IMG/VR virus record: IMGVR_UViG_3300032318_002198
From: a virus
Taxonomy: Duplodnaviria; Heunggongvirae; Uroviricota; Caudoviricetes
Length of the DNA: 64,000 bases
Reading direction: 5' to 3' (one strand)
In this document: positions 45,401-55,771 of the stretch, one piece after another
How positions within the stretch are numbered: position 1 is the stretch's first letter
Layout of the letters: every line of letters starts with the position of its first letter
The notes under the pieces: model-generated
Database searches by the model: none
What the model was told of the DNA's origin: nothing
Seen by the model: only the letters and a program-made list of their open reading frames with translations
Position numbers and translations under genes: made by a program

Positions 45401-48400
45401 TTTTCTTGCTGTAATTATTGAATATTTTGGTTCCGTATTTGATTGTAAATTCCGAACTCAATACCAAATTATTATTCAATGTAATAGATGTTTGTAAACT
45501 ATCCGGTTGTGCTGGCCATGACAACTCAAACTCTCTATTATAACCGTCACATACAAACGAGTCTGATACATTATTATTAGGTGGAGTTGATTCCGAAGAA
45601 ATTCTATCAAATTTAATACCTATTTTATTAGTTCTTATACGATTATTTCCTAATCTAGCATAAAACCTGGCAGGTGTTACATCATTTCCGCCTCCAATTA
45701 ATGTAACTACAGGAGGTTGAGTATATCCATTGCCCGGAGTTAATACTTCTATGGCTGATATTTTTCCAGAACTAATGAATGCCCGGGCTGTTGCTCCTGC
45801 CCCAGTATCTCCACTAACTGCTTGAATAGAAACTGTGGGCGACGAAGTATATCCATTTCCTGCATCTGCAATGATAATACTTTCGATATAGCTCTTATAA
45901 TTATCTTTCCAAGATTTCCAAGGATATTCGTCTATTAAACTGTTACTTAAATCAACTTTCTCAAATTGACCCGTTACACTATTGTAATAACTCGGTAAAT
46001 CAAAATCTGTAACATCAGAATTACTTTGATCTAAAGTAGTGTGAACTGTTGTAAAGTTTCTAACTACTGTATGATACGGTTTTACTTCATTTAGATATTT
46101 TTCTTGATATGCACTATTTTGATTTTCAAGTTTATACACAGGTCTTTGATCTAAATTTCCTGCATTATTCACCACGTCAATGAATGATGTCTTAAATGCC
46201 CAATCCAAAAGTTTCTGTTCAGATAATGCATATCTTACTGACTTGAAGAATAGCAAATTCCAATTAATTTTTAATTCATTTATGAAAATATCGTCGCGCA
46301 ATGCCGAGAATATATTATATATTTCATCTTCAGGGGCTTGATCGTACAACGTTTGATCATATGTATTGTTATAATCAAAAGTCAAGTTTCCTGTAGAGAA
46401 ATTCCAAAGGCTTTCGCTTAATTGAATTGTTCCTTTTTCACTATAAACAATGTTATAATCTTTGCTAAATGTACCCAACTCATTAGGTTTTGTTTTTTCA
46501 ACAATTATAAATCTGCCACTACCGCCATTTTTAATCTTAATATATTGACCCGGTAACACATTCACGAGAGTATTCAATTGAAATACATCACTAATTGTAT
46601 TCGTAAAATCTAAGTATGGTTTAAAATCTTCGCTTACCCAATCGACATAATCCCAATATAACTTAGTATTAAATTTTTGAGTCGAGACTTTGTTCCAAGA
46701 ATTTAAGTTTTTATTGAATTGATATTTTGACCATCTGCGAGTAGAGTTTTCATCAACTAATACAATAGCCGTAAATGGTCTTACTACTAGTTGAGGTGCA
46801 GATGCAAAATTTTTACCTGGGTTAACGATTTTTACAGAAGTTATTCTGCCTTGCTCGTCTATAAATGTTTCTAATTCTGCACCTTGATTTGCGTTATTAA
46901 CTATTGTAACTGTAGGCGGATACTTGTAACCAAATCCTGGATCAGTTATAACAACATTATATATCTTGCCATTTTTAACATAAGCTGTTAATTTTCCTGT
47001 CGACAATAATGAAGGTTCTTTGATTTCTAAAGATAAAAATTCTAAATCTTCAACAATGATGTCATATTGATTTAATACTGGTAATTCTTCTTTGTTTAGA
47101 TTTTTAAAACTATAATTGTCTGTAATTAGGTTCTTAATCAAAACGCTGTTGGCAAATTCTACAACATTTCTTAATGCTTCATACCTATTTTTAAACATAG
47201 ATTGTCTAGGACGTATAGATATGCCATATTTTTCTCTAAACGATAACACAGGATCAGGAATTAGATTTCCTAAACTATCACGACCTAACAAACTATCTAT
47301 TAATTTTTTCTCTAATAATGTATTAGGAACACTATCATCTGAATTTTCTTTTAATAATAACCATTCGGTATGTTTAGGAATAGTATTATTAACAATATCA
47401 AACGATGAATTTAATGTTATCTTATTGTCGATTAATGATTGTGATACATTGGCAATCGACAATGCATCTGGAGATAATATCTGTAAAGTTTTTAATCCAT
47501 AAGTTATTGGATCTGCTATTATATTTGCAACTTGCAATGAACTTATTCTTCTATTCTTAATAGTCGGAACAGTGACTTTATTCTTAACCCAAAAGTAATA
47601 AACATCGATGAATGTTCCGGTTACTGGATCTATAATCTGTTTTACCGAAACAACAGAATTATCAGGATATTTAGGTTGTCCACTTATAGATTTTGTCAGT
47701 CCTGTTGGCGTGTCGGCCAATGCTGTCCACTCACTTGGCAAATATTCCGATTTTACCCATTCGTATACATCAATAGTTGAACCCGGGAAAACTTTCCCCC
47801 AATATGTTTTTCTAAAGTTTATATCACCTTGTTCATACCACATGTATTTTACTGAATTCAGGTCCCACCAAAGTTCGCCAACATGCTCATCTAACCAATT
47901 TGTCTTAGGATCATTAATGGTAGATGTTATGCCAATTGAATAAATTGCAGGATCAATCTCGGCTCGATAACTTAATTCTTGTTGAGCTAATCCTGCTATT
48001 TTTCCTTTCAATGGATCAATAACATCAAGATATTCAATGATTTCTTCTTTTTCTGTATCAATTAAAATGTTTCTGTTAAACAAATCGACATCTACTAAAT
48101 CTTCTTCAAATCCTAATACTTTATATCCAGAAACAGATTTGTCATTAGTTGTAAATGTATGCAAATAACTGAAATTTGTTGTAGTATTAAGTGCCGGTGC
48201 TCCGACAAATATGGAATTCTGACCTAATAAAACAGAATAACCATAATTATCACCTTCACTATAATTTCTTGGATATATTTCGTCAGCTAATACAAATTTC
48301 GATTCTTTGTTATCATACAAATATACTGTACCTGTTCTATTAATACCATCGTTGAATATTGTAGAATTGGCGTCAAAAATTGTAAAATTGTTAGTCAATT

Positions 48401-51400
48401 CACTATTTACATCATTAATAAAAGGTACAGATGACGGGGAAGTATAATTGTCAAACGTGGTTCTTACTCTATTATTTGTCCCTAAAGATGAAATTACTAA
48501 TAGATTTTTGTTACTGTCAAAATCAATATCACGACCGAACTGCATTTGTGATGTTGCATCTGGATTCAAAATTATTTGTTTAATTTGGAAAGTGCTAGAA
48601 CTATCCTTTTGATAATGTATTACTTTTCCTGTAGTATTATTTGGATTTACTGCGCCAGGTACTGTTACAAAAATGTCAGTTCCGTCAGGAGATACTAAAA
48701 CTTTTTCACCAAATCGAGAAAATGCCTGAACTGATTGCGGTACTGTTAAAGTTTGAACATAAGTGGTTCCACTAAAAATTTGAACTTGACCGCGTTGACT
48801 ATTAAATCCCGGGGCACTAATTGCGATAGTTTTTGCATCAAATGACCCGCTGATCGAATATCCCCACTGACTTCCGGTTGATATAAATCCATTTTGTGTT
48901 AATTGTATCCCAGATGGGCCCGCTACTATTTGTAAATTAGTCGATGTAGTAGATGTTACCCGGTATGCATATACCTTACCCGATCCCGTAGATAAAGAAC
49001 CCGGTGCTCCAATTAAAGTCAATTTAGTAGAAGTATTTGCTTCAACATAAATCGAACTTCCAAATCTTTCATAGTTAGTTGGGTACGGGCTTAATAGTAT
49101 AGCTTCTGCTACTTCTTTTTCTAACAATGGATTAATGCTGCTTATTTTTATACAGCCTTCTTGTACGAACGATGAAGTAACTCCTGTTCCTGTAGATAGC
49201 CTAATCAATCCCACTGAGTTACTTATTACATTACTTGTAGCAGGAGCTCCTGTGAAAATTAATCCGTAACCTGTATCTTTATAGTTTATTGAATCGTAAA
49301 ACGAAGTATATCCGAACTCGTTTTTAGTACCGCCTGCATAATAACTTAACTCTTCGTTTAATGTAAATCTGCAGATAGATACAATACCTGTATCGTTTTC
49401 TCTATAAACATATAACTTACCATAATTTGACGAATCATAGAAATTTGGCGCCCCAACTAAAACAACATTATTATTTTTTTGTTGGTTAATTGAAAACCCA
49501 AATTGATTTGAATCTGGAGTGACGCTGGTTTTTATTGGATTTTTAGAAGTATAATTTTTTACTTTTTCATATACTTTCCATTTATCATTGACGTCTTTAT
49601 CTACCCAAAATTTTGTCCCATAGTTCAGGTTCAACAACACTGAATCATCATATAAAGAATTAAATGTATCGAATCTATGGCTAGTAAATTTGAAAATCAA
49701 TCCGGAGCTATTGCTAATACTAACAGCCGGTTGTGTAGATCCTATTACAAATTTATTTAAGGAAGTGACTGCAACAACTTTATAAATTCCATCAACATCA
49801 GAATCTAATTGAGCTATTGAAACAATATCGTCTTTTTCAATATTATGAAAGTCTTTTGTAGTTAATGTTATTTGTGTATTTTCATTATTAGATATTGCAG
49901 ATAAAATCGTTGTATCGACTTTAGAATAATGCAAGACATCCCATTCTCCATTATCGGTAAATCCTACCCAGACTGTATCACCGACGGCGATCAATCCATT
50001 ATTAGCGATATCGAACAAACTATCTTTATTAAATGCTGTCGATGTCACATCATCGAGTCGAACATAGCCCGCTACTTTTAACTGAAAGTTATTATCATCG
50101 AACGTAGACGGTGAAGTAACAAATGTATTAGCAGGGTTGTAATCTGTTGGCTTTAATAATAATTTATCGGCTGTTTGATAATAAATCAAATCATTTGGGT
50201 TCGTTGGTTTTGAATTAACAAAGTTGATTACTTGTGGATTATCTACAAACGTTCCTTCAACCAATGGGAATTCTATTTCTTTAAAGGTTTGGTACGATCC
50301 AAATTGTCCTAATCTAAATGCCCACAATTCATTAAAAGACATTTCTCCTTGTAAATTATTAAGAGTAGCTTTGGCTAATTTAGAAATAGCATTTTTTGTA
50401 CCTTTTTCTCGTATGAAACCTTGATAAAATTTATATTGAGTAGTTGGGTTCGTAAAAATATTACTAAAATAAGTACGAGGAGTATAACCTATTAAATGCT
50501 GCGCCATACTTTGTTGAGCAGCATCAAAATTATCAATATCTAAACTATAAAAATCTTCAAATTGCTTAATTTTATAATCAAAATTTGGTAACAATTCTGC
50601 GTTAGGCTTCTCTGATAATATTGTCCAATCTGAGAAGTTGAATGTATCAGATAAAGATGCATTTATGGCAGAATAATATTTTCCAACATACCTAACTACA
50701 TTCCCTGGTATATACTTTTTATTCTTTGTCCAGGTTGAGACTATTGCCGTATCATACACAAAACCTGGGCTAAAATAGTCACCATCCCAATCTTTTGTTC
50801 TGAATCCAACTAGTTTCATTCTAGACTGTTTATATCCTGTCTCGAGATCATATATCGTATCATTAAAAATTGTACGATTGTTGAAAACTAATGCATGTTC
50901 TTTTTGTATCACATTTAGTTTTGCAAAATATATTCCCTGTTGACTATTCGTTACTGTTATAGAACATAATCCGTCTTCTCTGGAAACAGAAATATTATTT
51001 TTCGGCAATGCTGTTCCATTGACTTGCAACAATCTGTAATTATTGAATAGATCATCCACTAATCCATTAGTTGCCTTAAATGTTATTTTTTCAGCAAATG
51101 GGCTTAATGCTATAATATTGTTTGACGACCATCCCTGAGTTGACCAATATAAAAATTCTTTAGCTGAGAATTTCCAATTGACTGCTTCATTAATATCGGA
51201 ATTGAATTGATCAAAAATAAATCCTTGATTTTCTAACCAAGCACCGTAACCTATAATAATATCATAAACTTCTTGAATTGTATTAAATGTTGATCCATAA
51301 GGAATTATTTTTTCTACCTTATCAAATTTACTTTCAATTTGTACCGTCGCTCCACCTTTTGTAGGGATTTTTGGAACTTGTTGAAAATATGCTTCTGTAA

Positions 51401-54400
51401 ATGTAGATTTAGCATAATGACTTGTTTTGACTATATAAAACTTATTTTGATAAAGAACATATTGTCCTTGTTGATAATATCTCGATGTAGCCGATGTATT
51501 TGCTGTGGTTAATTCTGCATTGGTTAGGCCATTGTTTCCACCAACAGGTGCTCCGCTCCATTCTGTATAAGGTGATGTTACTCCTCCTATTGTTATTGTT
51601 GGAGTATTTGCATTCCTAATCGGAGTATATACTGTGAAATAATTGTTACTGGTATCATATCCTTTTATAACAAATTTTCCATTAGATTTTTGTACAATAA
51701 TTCCGGATAAACCTAATGATTTCACCGCATTACTAGTATTCAAAATTAAACGATAATCTTCTTGAGGCAATATTGCACCAGGAGCATTTGATATCGGATC
51801 ATATGCGTCGATTATAATTTGCAGTTTTTCTTTGCTTACAAAACCGCCTATTTTTTGGAATAAATTAATACTATAGTTTTGAACGTCTGTTAATAATTCT
51901 GATATATAATTTGGATTTTTTTGTTTCCCAACTTCAGTAACCAATACACTATATCCAGAAGTTAATGTATTTTTATCTTGTTGAACTATTGCTTTTTTAA
52001 GATTAATAAAAGTGCGATCATTACCGTATACCCATTGATTAGATATATTTTTTGTCAATCGTATCGGATCATACATCAATGCTGCATATATGGCTGGCTT
52101 CGTCAAAGCTAGTAATTTTTGAACTGCAAAAGGCCAATAACTGCTTCTTCTCCATGCGGTTTCCGCTGGTCCTTGATCACCGAATACAAAAGGTTGTTTC
52201 TGGTTAAATGCTGTTACATTTTCTGCTATTCTAACTGTCGGATCAACAAGATTTCCATATTGATCAACCGGCAACAGAGATGATAATATCGCTCGTGCAT
52301 AAGTTTTGTCAATGCCTTGTCGATCGCCGTGTCTTATATAACCTATTTCCAAATCATTCCATAATACATCATTACCCGATGTATACGGAGCTGGTCCATA
52401 TTCGCTTTCCCACCAATCTGGTTTATTTGAAAATCCTAACATTTCCCAAGGACATGTATGTGGTCTGTCGGTGTCATAAAAATATTTGTATAGAGACCTC
52501 CAATATCCAGATATTTGTAAATCTAAAACAGAGTTGTAAGCATTTTTATAATTCCATGTAAACGGGTTTAAAAGATCAAATGCTGTATTTTTTTCATATT
52601 CGATTCCAAATGTTCCTGCCCAACTGATAAAATCTTTTTGTAATATTTGATTTATTTCGGCTATCGAATAATCTACTTTTCTAAATGCACCAGGAATTAC
52701 AGAATTATAATCTAATAACTCATTTCTGTAAGATACTTTTATATTATTATAAACACGCTTTTCGTATTCTAAAATAACATCGTCTCTGTAATCATCAAAT
52801 GCTATTGTGATACTGCCATCATGGCCTTGTATAACCTTAGTTGGGCCACTTATGTAGGTATCATCAAAAAATATCTTTGGTTCAAATCGCGGATATAACC
52901 CTAATTTTGTCGGAGTAGGTGGTACAAAACAACCTTCGGTACTGAAATATTCTACAACAGTAATCACATCTCCTACAGTTAGATCTTTCGATATTTCGAA
53001 AGAAGAATCGTCTACAAATGTATAATCCAAACCAACTATTAATTGAACATTGTTTAAATAAATCAGTGCAGATTTTAAACTTAATTGCGTAAAATCTAAA
53101 GAATTACTTAACGGATATATCACATTGTTGACATTAGTAACATTCCATTTTTTAATTGTTTTATCTGATCCATATCCTATCATATCAGATAAGAAATAAG
53201 GAGATATTTCTGTTTTATTAACATTTAACTCGCGAAGAGCTTGATCTAAAATTACAGTAACCTCATCCTCACCGCTAATTTCGGATATTTTTTTCATCAA
53301 AGACAATTTAAATTGAGCATAAGCATTAGCCGATACTGTAATTGCTTCGATCACGCTATGTTCTTTTTTACCGATAAAGAAATTAGCAAATAATCCAGGA
53401 TTTATATTTGAAATAACTTGATTAGTAAGTTTATCTACATCTGATAAATCTCTAAGATTACTATCTCCGGGATATTTTCCAACAAATTCTGAAGATTTTT
53501 TTATTGCGGAAACATGATTACTAATCTCACTCAATGTCAATTCATTCACAATATCATTATTTGGATTATTTGTGAAGATTATTGGAAGTTCATAATATCC
53601 TTGAGATTCTTTTAAGATTCCATCAGATTCAATTTTTAATAATACGTTTGTATCTTTAACTATGTCGCTCGAAAACTGTAATTTATACAATCCGTTTGTT
53701 ACTGTGGTAGTATAAGAAGTCGGTTCAACATTTACATTGTTTAAGTATACATCAAAATTAACATATGTTGCTTTTGATAAATCTACTGCAACAACATCAA
53801 TATACGATGTTGCAGTTAATATTGTAGTAAATTGTATTACAGGAACGCGATATTGATCTCCTTGTACCCAAACATTTTTAAATTCTACACCCGATTCATT
53901 ATTAACTTTAATAAATGTTTTATTGGTGTTTATTGTTGTGACCGAAGATTCATTTTCAATTAAATCAAACGAGTCAGTCATTAAAAAATTCTTAAATGAA
54001 TAGCTTCCGATACCTACACTATTTTCTTGTTTTACAGTTATACCTAGTACACTGTCGAAAATTGTACCTGGCGTATATCCAAATATTTTATTTCCTGAGA
54101 AAGTTGTGGCTAAGTCAAGACTATAACTATTTTGATTATTATCGTATAAATCAAACAACGGTGGTTCGTTTAATTTATTGTGTTGTTGAGAATATATCCA
54201 TTTAGAACCGTTATACCACCAATTGGTTCCGTTGGCTTCTTTTCCGAAAGTTATACTCGTAGAGGCATTAACTGGAGGAATGTTATCGGATGCAGGTATT
54301 AATTGTAATTTTTTATTACCGTTTATGAGATTGTATTTGACTACATAGATCCGACCACACACGTCAAGATCTAAATCTGCATTGAAAATAACTCTATGTC

Positions 54401-55769
54401 CTTGTTCTAATAACACTTCATCTACATAATATCCAGCAGATCCTTCCACCGTACTAAATGCGTCTGTTGTAGTATTATCGATTAAATCAACATTGTTTAT
54501 TCCTATTGATCCAAAATTATGTAATTGTAAATTAGGTGAGAATTCTACAATAGGACGTTTGGCTCTTTTATCTGCAGGTAATACAGGAACTTGTCCATTT
54601 GCTTCCGCACTAACTTTAATAACATTGCCATGAACCCACCTATTATATCTTGTCCACGAATTTAAGTCTCTACTGGCTCTATTAATTGTTATATATTCTG
54701 GATCCAACGGTAGCTTTTTAAACGAATCGAATGGGAACGAATCGAACGGCGTCATGTCAAAATTGTCGTTATAAATATCTGCCATGTCCGCCGAAGATGC
54801 TAATGTATTATAATCGATCAGTTGGATTGCTTTTCCTACTCCTTCAACAAAATATTCTTTATTTCTATATGAAACCGGTGTTACTGTTCCGCCAAATCGA
54901 ACCTTCATTCCATTTGATAATTTTATGCCAGTTCCTGACATATAGTTTTGTTTTCCAATAATCTCGTTTTCAACATCAATATAAGTATCTTGTTCAATAG
55001 TTCGAACAACAATTTGTCCTTGTGCTGATAAATTATTTCCACCTACATAATATAAATTTTCTGGTGTAGATCCATTGACTACTATTGTAACTAATCCAGT
55101 GCTAGTTCCATTATTTGTAACATTGTTATTAAAAATATCACTAGTTCCGCCCGTCGGCAATGATTTTATATAAAATGGTTGTGAACTTGTAACATCGAAC
55201 ACATAAGTATTTCCTCTATATAAAGTAAGTAAAGGATCCTGTGTCACTCCATCTGGATTAAAAATAAAAGAAGTTTGACTTTCATTTTCAATCACGGTAA
55301 ATGTGCTTGTTGTATTTTGTGGTTTTCCAACAATTTCTATTGTCTGCGGTCCGGTAACTAACCAATAATATTCTTGATAATTAACAAACTTATCCCAGTC
55401 AATAAATGGCTTGTATGTATAGTATTCCGATTTGAATAATCTATCTAAATTATTGACATGGCCTCCTTGATTTCTTATTTCGTTCACCAAATCATCGAAG
55501 CTTATAGCATCAGATACATTATTTTCGTCGTCATTTATGATCAATGCCGGAGACAATTGATAATTTTGTCTTAGGTTAGAGTTATCAGCAATATAATTGT
55601 CTTGAGAATTTTTATAATTAGGCGACACTTTAGAGCCAACAAAGCCGTCTAATCTCTCAAGAGACGGTGGCTGAATTAGTTGATCAATAGTACTGGACAA
55701 AAACTTTTTGTTTTTATCTGTTCTTAAAAATTCTGGTAATAACTCAACTGATTTTATCTTTTTAACCAT
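42435..55769 (-). CDS. Giant (4444 aa) virion structural protein, probable baseplate wedge/scaffold
   Basis: Uninterrupted 13.3-kb ORF directly downstream of the gp6-like gene. Contains FG-GAP-like beta-propeller repeats (FG.S....GAP) and G.GY...P.V.I repeats. Confidence 0.8.
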   Translation of the reverse strand: MVKKIKSVELLPEFLRTDKNKKFLSSTIDQLIQPPSLERLDGFVGSKVSPNYKNSQDNYIADNSNLRQNYQLSPALIINDDENNVSDAISFDDLVNEIRNQGGHVNNLDRLFKSEYYTYKPFIDWDKFVNYQEYYWLVTGPQTIEIVGKPQNTTSTFTVIENESQTSFIFNPDGVTQDPLLTLYRGNTYVFDVTSSQPFYIKSLPTGGTSDIFNNNVTNNGTSTGLVTIVVNGSTPENLYYVGGNNLSAQGQIVVRTIEQDTYIDVENEIIGKQNYMSGTGIKLSNGMKVRFGGTVTPVSYRNKEYFVEGVGKAIQLIDYNTLASSADMADIYNDNFDMTPFDSFPFDSFKKLPLDPEYITINRASRDLNSWTRYNRWVHGNVIKVSAEANGQVPVLPADKRAKRPIVEFSPNLQLHNFGSIGINNVDLIDNTTTDAFSTVEGSAGYYVDEVLLEQGHRVIFNADLDLDVCGRIYVVKYNLINGNKKLQLIPASDNIPPVNASTSITFGKEANGTNWWYNGSKWIYSQQHNKLNEPPLFDLYDNNQNSYSLDLATTFSGNKIFGYTPGTIFDSVLGITVKQENSVGIGSYSFKNFLMTDSFDLIENESSVTTINTNKTFIKVNNESGVEFKNVWVQGDQYRVPVIQFTTILTATSYIDVVAVDLSKATYVNFDVYLNNVNVEPTSYTTTVTNGLYKLQFSSDIVKDTNVLLKIESDGILKESQGYYELPIIFTNNPNNDIVNELTLSEISNHVSAIKKSSEFVGKYPGDSNLRDLSDVDKLTNQVISNINPGLFANFFIGKKEHSVIEAITVSANAYAQFKLSLMKKISEISGEDEVTVILDQALRELNVNKTEISPYFLSDMIGYGSDKTIKKWNVTNVNNVIYPLSNSLDFTQLSLKSALIYLNNVQLIVGLDYTFVDDSSFEISKDLTVGDVITVVEYFSTEGCFVPPTPTKLGLYPRFEPKIFFDDTYISGPTKVIQGHDGSITIAFDDYRDDVILEYEKRVYNNIKVSYRNELLDYNSVIPGAFRKVDYSIAEINQILQKDFISWAGTFGIEYEKNTAFDLLNPFTWNYKNAYNSVLDLQISGYWRSLYKYFYDTDRPHTCPWEMLGFSNKPDWWESEYGPAPYTSGNDVLWNDLEIGYIRHGDRQGIDKTYARAILSSLLPVDQYGNLVDPTVRIAENVTAFNQKQPFVFGDQGPAETAWRRSSYWPFAVQKLLALTKPAIYAALMYDPIRLTKNISNQWVYGNDRTFINLKKAIVQQDKNTLTSGYSVLVTEVGKQKNPNYISELLTDVQNYSINLFQKIGGFVSKEKLQIIIDAYDPISNAPGAILPQEDYRLILNTSNAVKSLGLSGIIVQKSNGKFVIKGYDTSNNYFTVYTPIRNANTPTITIGGVTSPYTEWSGAPVGGNNGLTNAELTTANTSATSRYYQQGQYVLYQNKFYIVKTSHYAKSTFTEAYFQQVPKIPTKGGATVQIESKFDKVEKIIPYGSTFNTIQEVYDIIIGYGAWLENQGFIFDQFNSDINEAVNWKFSAKEFLYWSTQGWSSNNIIALSPFAEKITFKATNGLVDDLFNNYRLLQVNGTALPKNNISVSREDGLCSITVTNSQQGIYFAKLNVIQKEHALVFNNRTIFNDTIYDLETGYKQSRMKLVGFRTKDWDGDYFSPGFVYDTAIVSTWTKNKKYIPGNVVRYVGKYYSAINASLSDTFNFSDWTILSEKPNAELLPNFDYKIKQFEDFYSLDIDNFDAAQQSMAQHLIGYTPRTYFSNIFTNPTTQYKFYQGFIREKGTKNAISKLAKATLNNLQGEMSFNELWAFRLGQFGSYQTFKEIEFPLVEGTFVDNPQVINFVNSKPTNPNDLIYYQTADKLLLKPTDYNPANTFVTSPSTFDDNNFQLKVAGYVRLDDVTSTAFNKDSLFDIANNGLIAVGDTVWVGFTDNGEWDVLHYSKVDTTILSAISNNENTQITLTTKDFHNIEKDDIVSIAQLDSDVDGIYKVVAVTSLNKFVIGSTQPAVSISNSSGLIFKFTSHRFDTFNSLYDDSVLLNLNYGTKFWVDKDVNDKWKVYEKVKNYTSKNPIKTSVTPDSNQFGFSINQQKNNNVVLVGAPNFYDSSNYGKLYVYRENDTGIVSICRFTLNEELSYYAGGTKNEFGYTSFYDSINYKDTGYGLIFTGAPATSNVISNSVGLIRLSTGTGVTSSFVQEGCIKISSINPLLEKEVAEAILLSPYPTNYERFGSSIYVEANTSTKLTLIGAPGSLSTGSGKVYAYRVTSTTSTNLQIVAGPSGIQLTQNGFISTGSQWGYSISGSFDAKTIAISAPGFNSQRGQVQIFSGTTYVQTLTVPQSVQAFSRFGEKVLVSPDGTDIFVTVPGAVNPNNTTGKVIHYQKDSSSTFQIKQIILNPDATSQMQFGRDIDFDSNKNLLVISSLGTNNRVRTTFDNYTSPSSVPFINDVNSELTNNFTIFDANSTIFNDGINRTGTVYLYDNKESKFVLADEIYPRNYSEGDNYGYSVLLGQNSIFVGAPALNTTTNFSYLHTFTTNDKSVSGYKVLGFEEDLVDVDLFNRNILIDTEKEEIIEYLDVIDPLKGKIAGLAQQELSYRAEIDPAIYSIGITSTINDPKTNWLDEHVGELWWDLNSVKYMWYEQGDINFRKTYWGKVFPGSTIDVYEWVKSEYLPSEWTALADTPTGLTKSISGQPKYPDNSVVSVKQIIDPVTGTFIDVYYFWVKNKVTVPTIKNRRISSLQVANIIADPITYGLKTLQILSPDALSIANVSQSLIDNKITLNSSFDIVNNTIPKHTEWLLLKENSDDSVPNTLLEKKLIDSLLGRDSLGNLIPDPVLSFREKYGISIRPRQSMFKNRYEALRNVVEFANSVLIKNLITDNYSFKNLNKEELPVLNQYDIIVEDLEFLSLEIKEPSLLSTGKLTAYVKNGKIYNVVITDPGFGYKYPPTVTIVNNANQGAELETFIDEQGRITSVKIVNPGKNFASAPQLVVRPFTAIVLVDENSTRRWSKYQFNKNLNSWNKVSTQKFNTKLYWDYVDWVSEDFKPYLDFTNTISDVFQLNTLVNVLPGQYIKIKNGGSGRFIIVEKTKPNELGTFSKDYNIVYSEKGTIQLSESLWNFSTGNLTFDYNNTYDQTLYDQAPEDEIYNIFSALRDDIFINELKINWNLLFFKSVRYALSEQKLLDWAFKTSFIDVVNNAGNLDQRPVYKLENQNSAYQEKYLNEVKPYHTVVRNFTTVHTTLDQSNSDVTDFDLPSYYNSVTGQFEKVDLSNSLIDEYPWKSWKDNYKSYIESIIIADAGNGYTSSPTVSIQAVSGDTGAGATARAFISSGKISAIEVLTPGNGYTQPPVVTLIGGGNDVTPARFYARLGNNRIRTNKIGIKFDRISSESTPPNNNVSDSFVCDGYNREFELSWPAQPDSLQTSITLNNNLVLSSEFTIKYGTKIFNNYSKKISTLVFNIAPPRDKILKINYVKNIEILNAVERILTCYTSTNNVLGKDISQLMSGVEYPYNKISGLSFNYTSNWDVEYQPFGQFAYADNIESAREYIVAAATYASDSVIPVTSAIGITSGQYANIISYTENKFSNSSTTVVSVVGNNVTFSSDLAGNIKEGDIIEIWSPTVLPSSIDTELDGGTWITTTSNISNALGTNPEDVIVSGDGFFTTNNLYSTEELVPGFVTDSIGINVYTKSSVGSPLIFNGYAPVIAGKLPVISLSVVPASAPYITVVFNNTILRYNPNVRDPGTDFSSINEYTIDWKNNQLILNIQEVSGTVRYTVIGLGSGNNGYGVGLLDVVKQIVTGTNRVQVYGQVPYTSVGSAYVSVNGMSLAEVTTSTQVGYIITKANDGSNKAALDIYFNSPFDENTIQAYFFSDYYDNYFEISDQYFNVNATPANSFVLTNYSGISNPKSAGAILTLSNNLGSRKLFPPIISYHTVSDITKNTYNINSYVTDPTKYDINLFNITNVRVYVNNNELRPGFDFFVPPASGTVVINSNFIQLGNKISIECLVQGLVPLLQFDYTIYNDTIFLQTPISNSTLLVTAYNDRGALMLQTERLQGNANRRYKISRPILNDKYVWVSVNDVPLINGLDFEMLDDQVTIQISDEYVHTSDDVITVMTFASDILSSTVLGYRAFKDIFGRTQFTRLSKNNTTYLTKELQYTDTEIHVADSSVLTSPIVSKKIPGVVLLNGERIEFYKIEGNVLTQLRRNTLGTGPSPINNVGTKVVDQGSMQSIPYELNTYKQVQITTSTNVYTISTISNSIIGDGIILSQASYINAKDQISVYYGSKLLEKQGHYHQDISKSFDSYPANIIGTTSTVSGLPAVALKYDSYLVTATNQVWIYTGSKKVDAINGFEYNGLNYIPPEFYVNTSTQQVILNIPNGVTQGIKLTIVKKDFYRNTSWNNELSTSTTLSLLDSTTLPAQFLQKEPAELPVYFYGDTLE

Positions 55770-55771
55770 TA

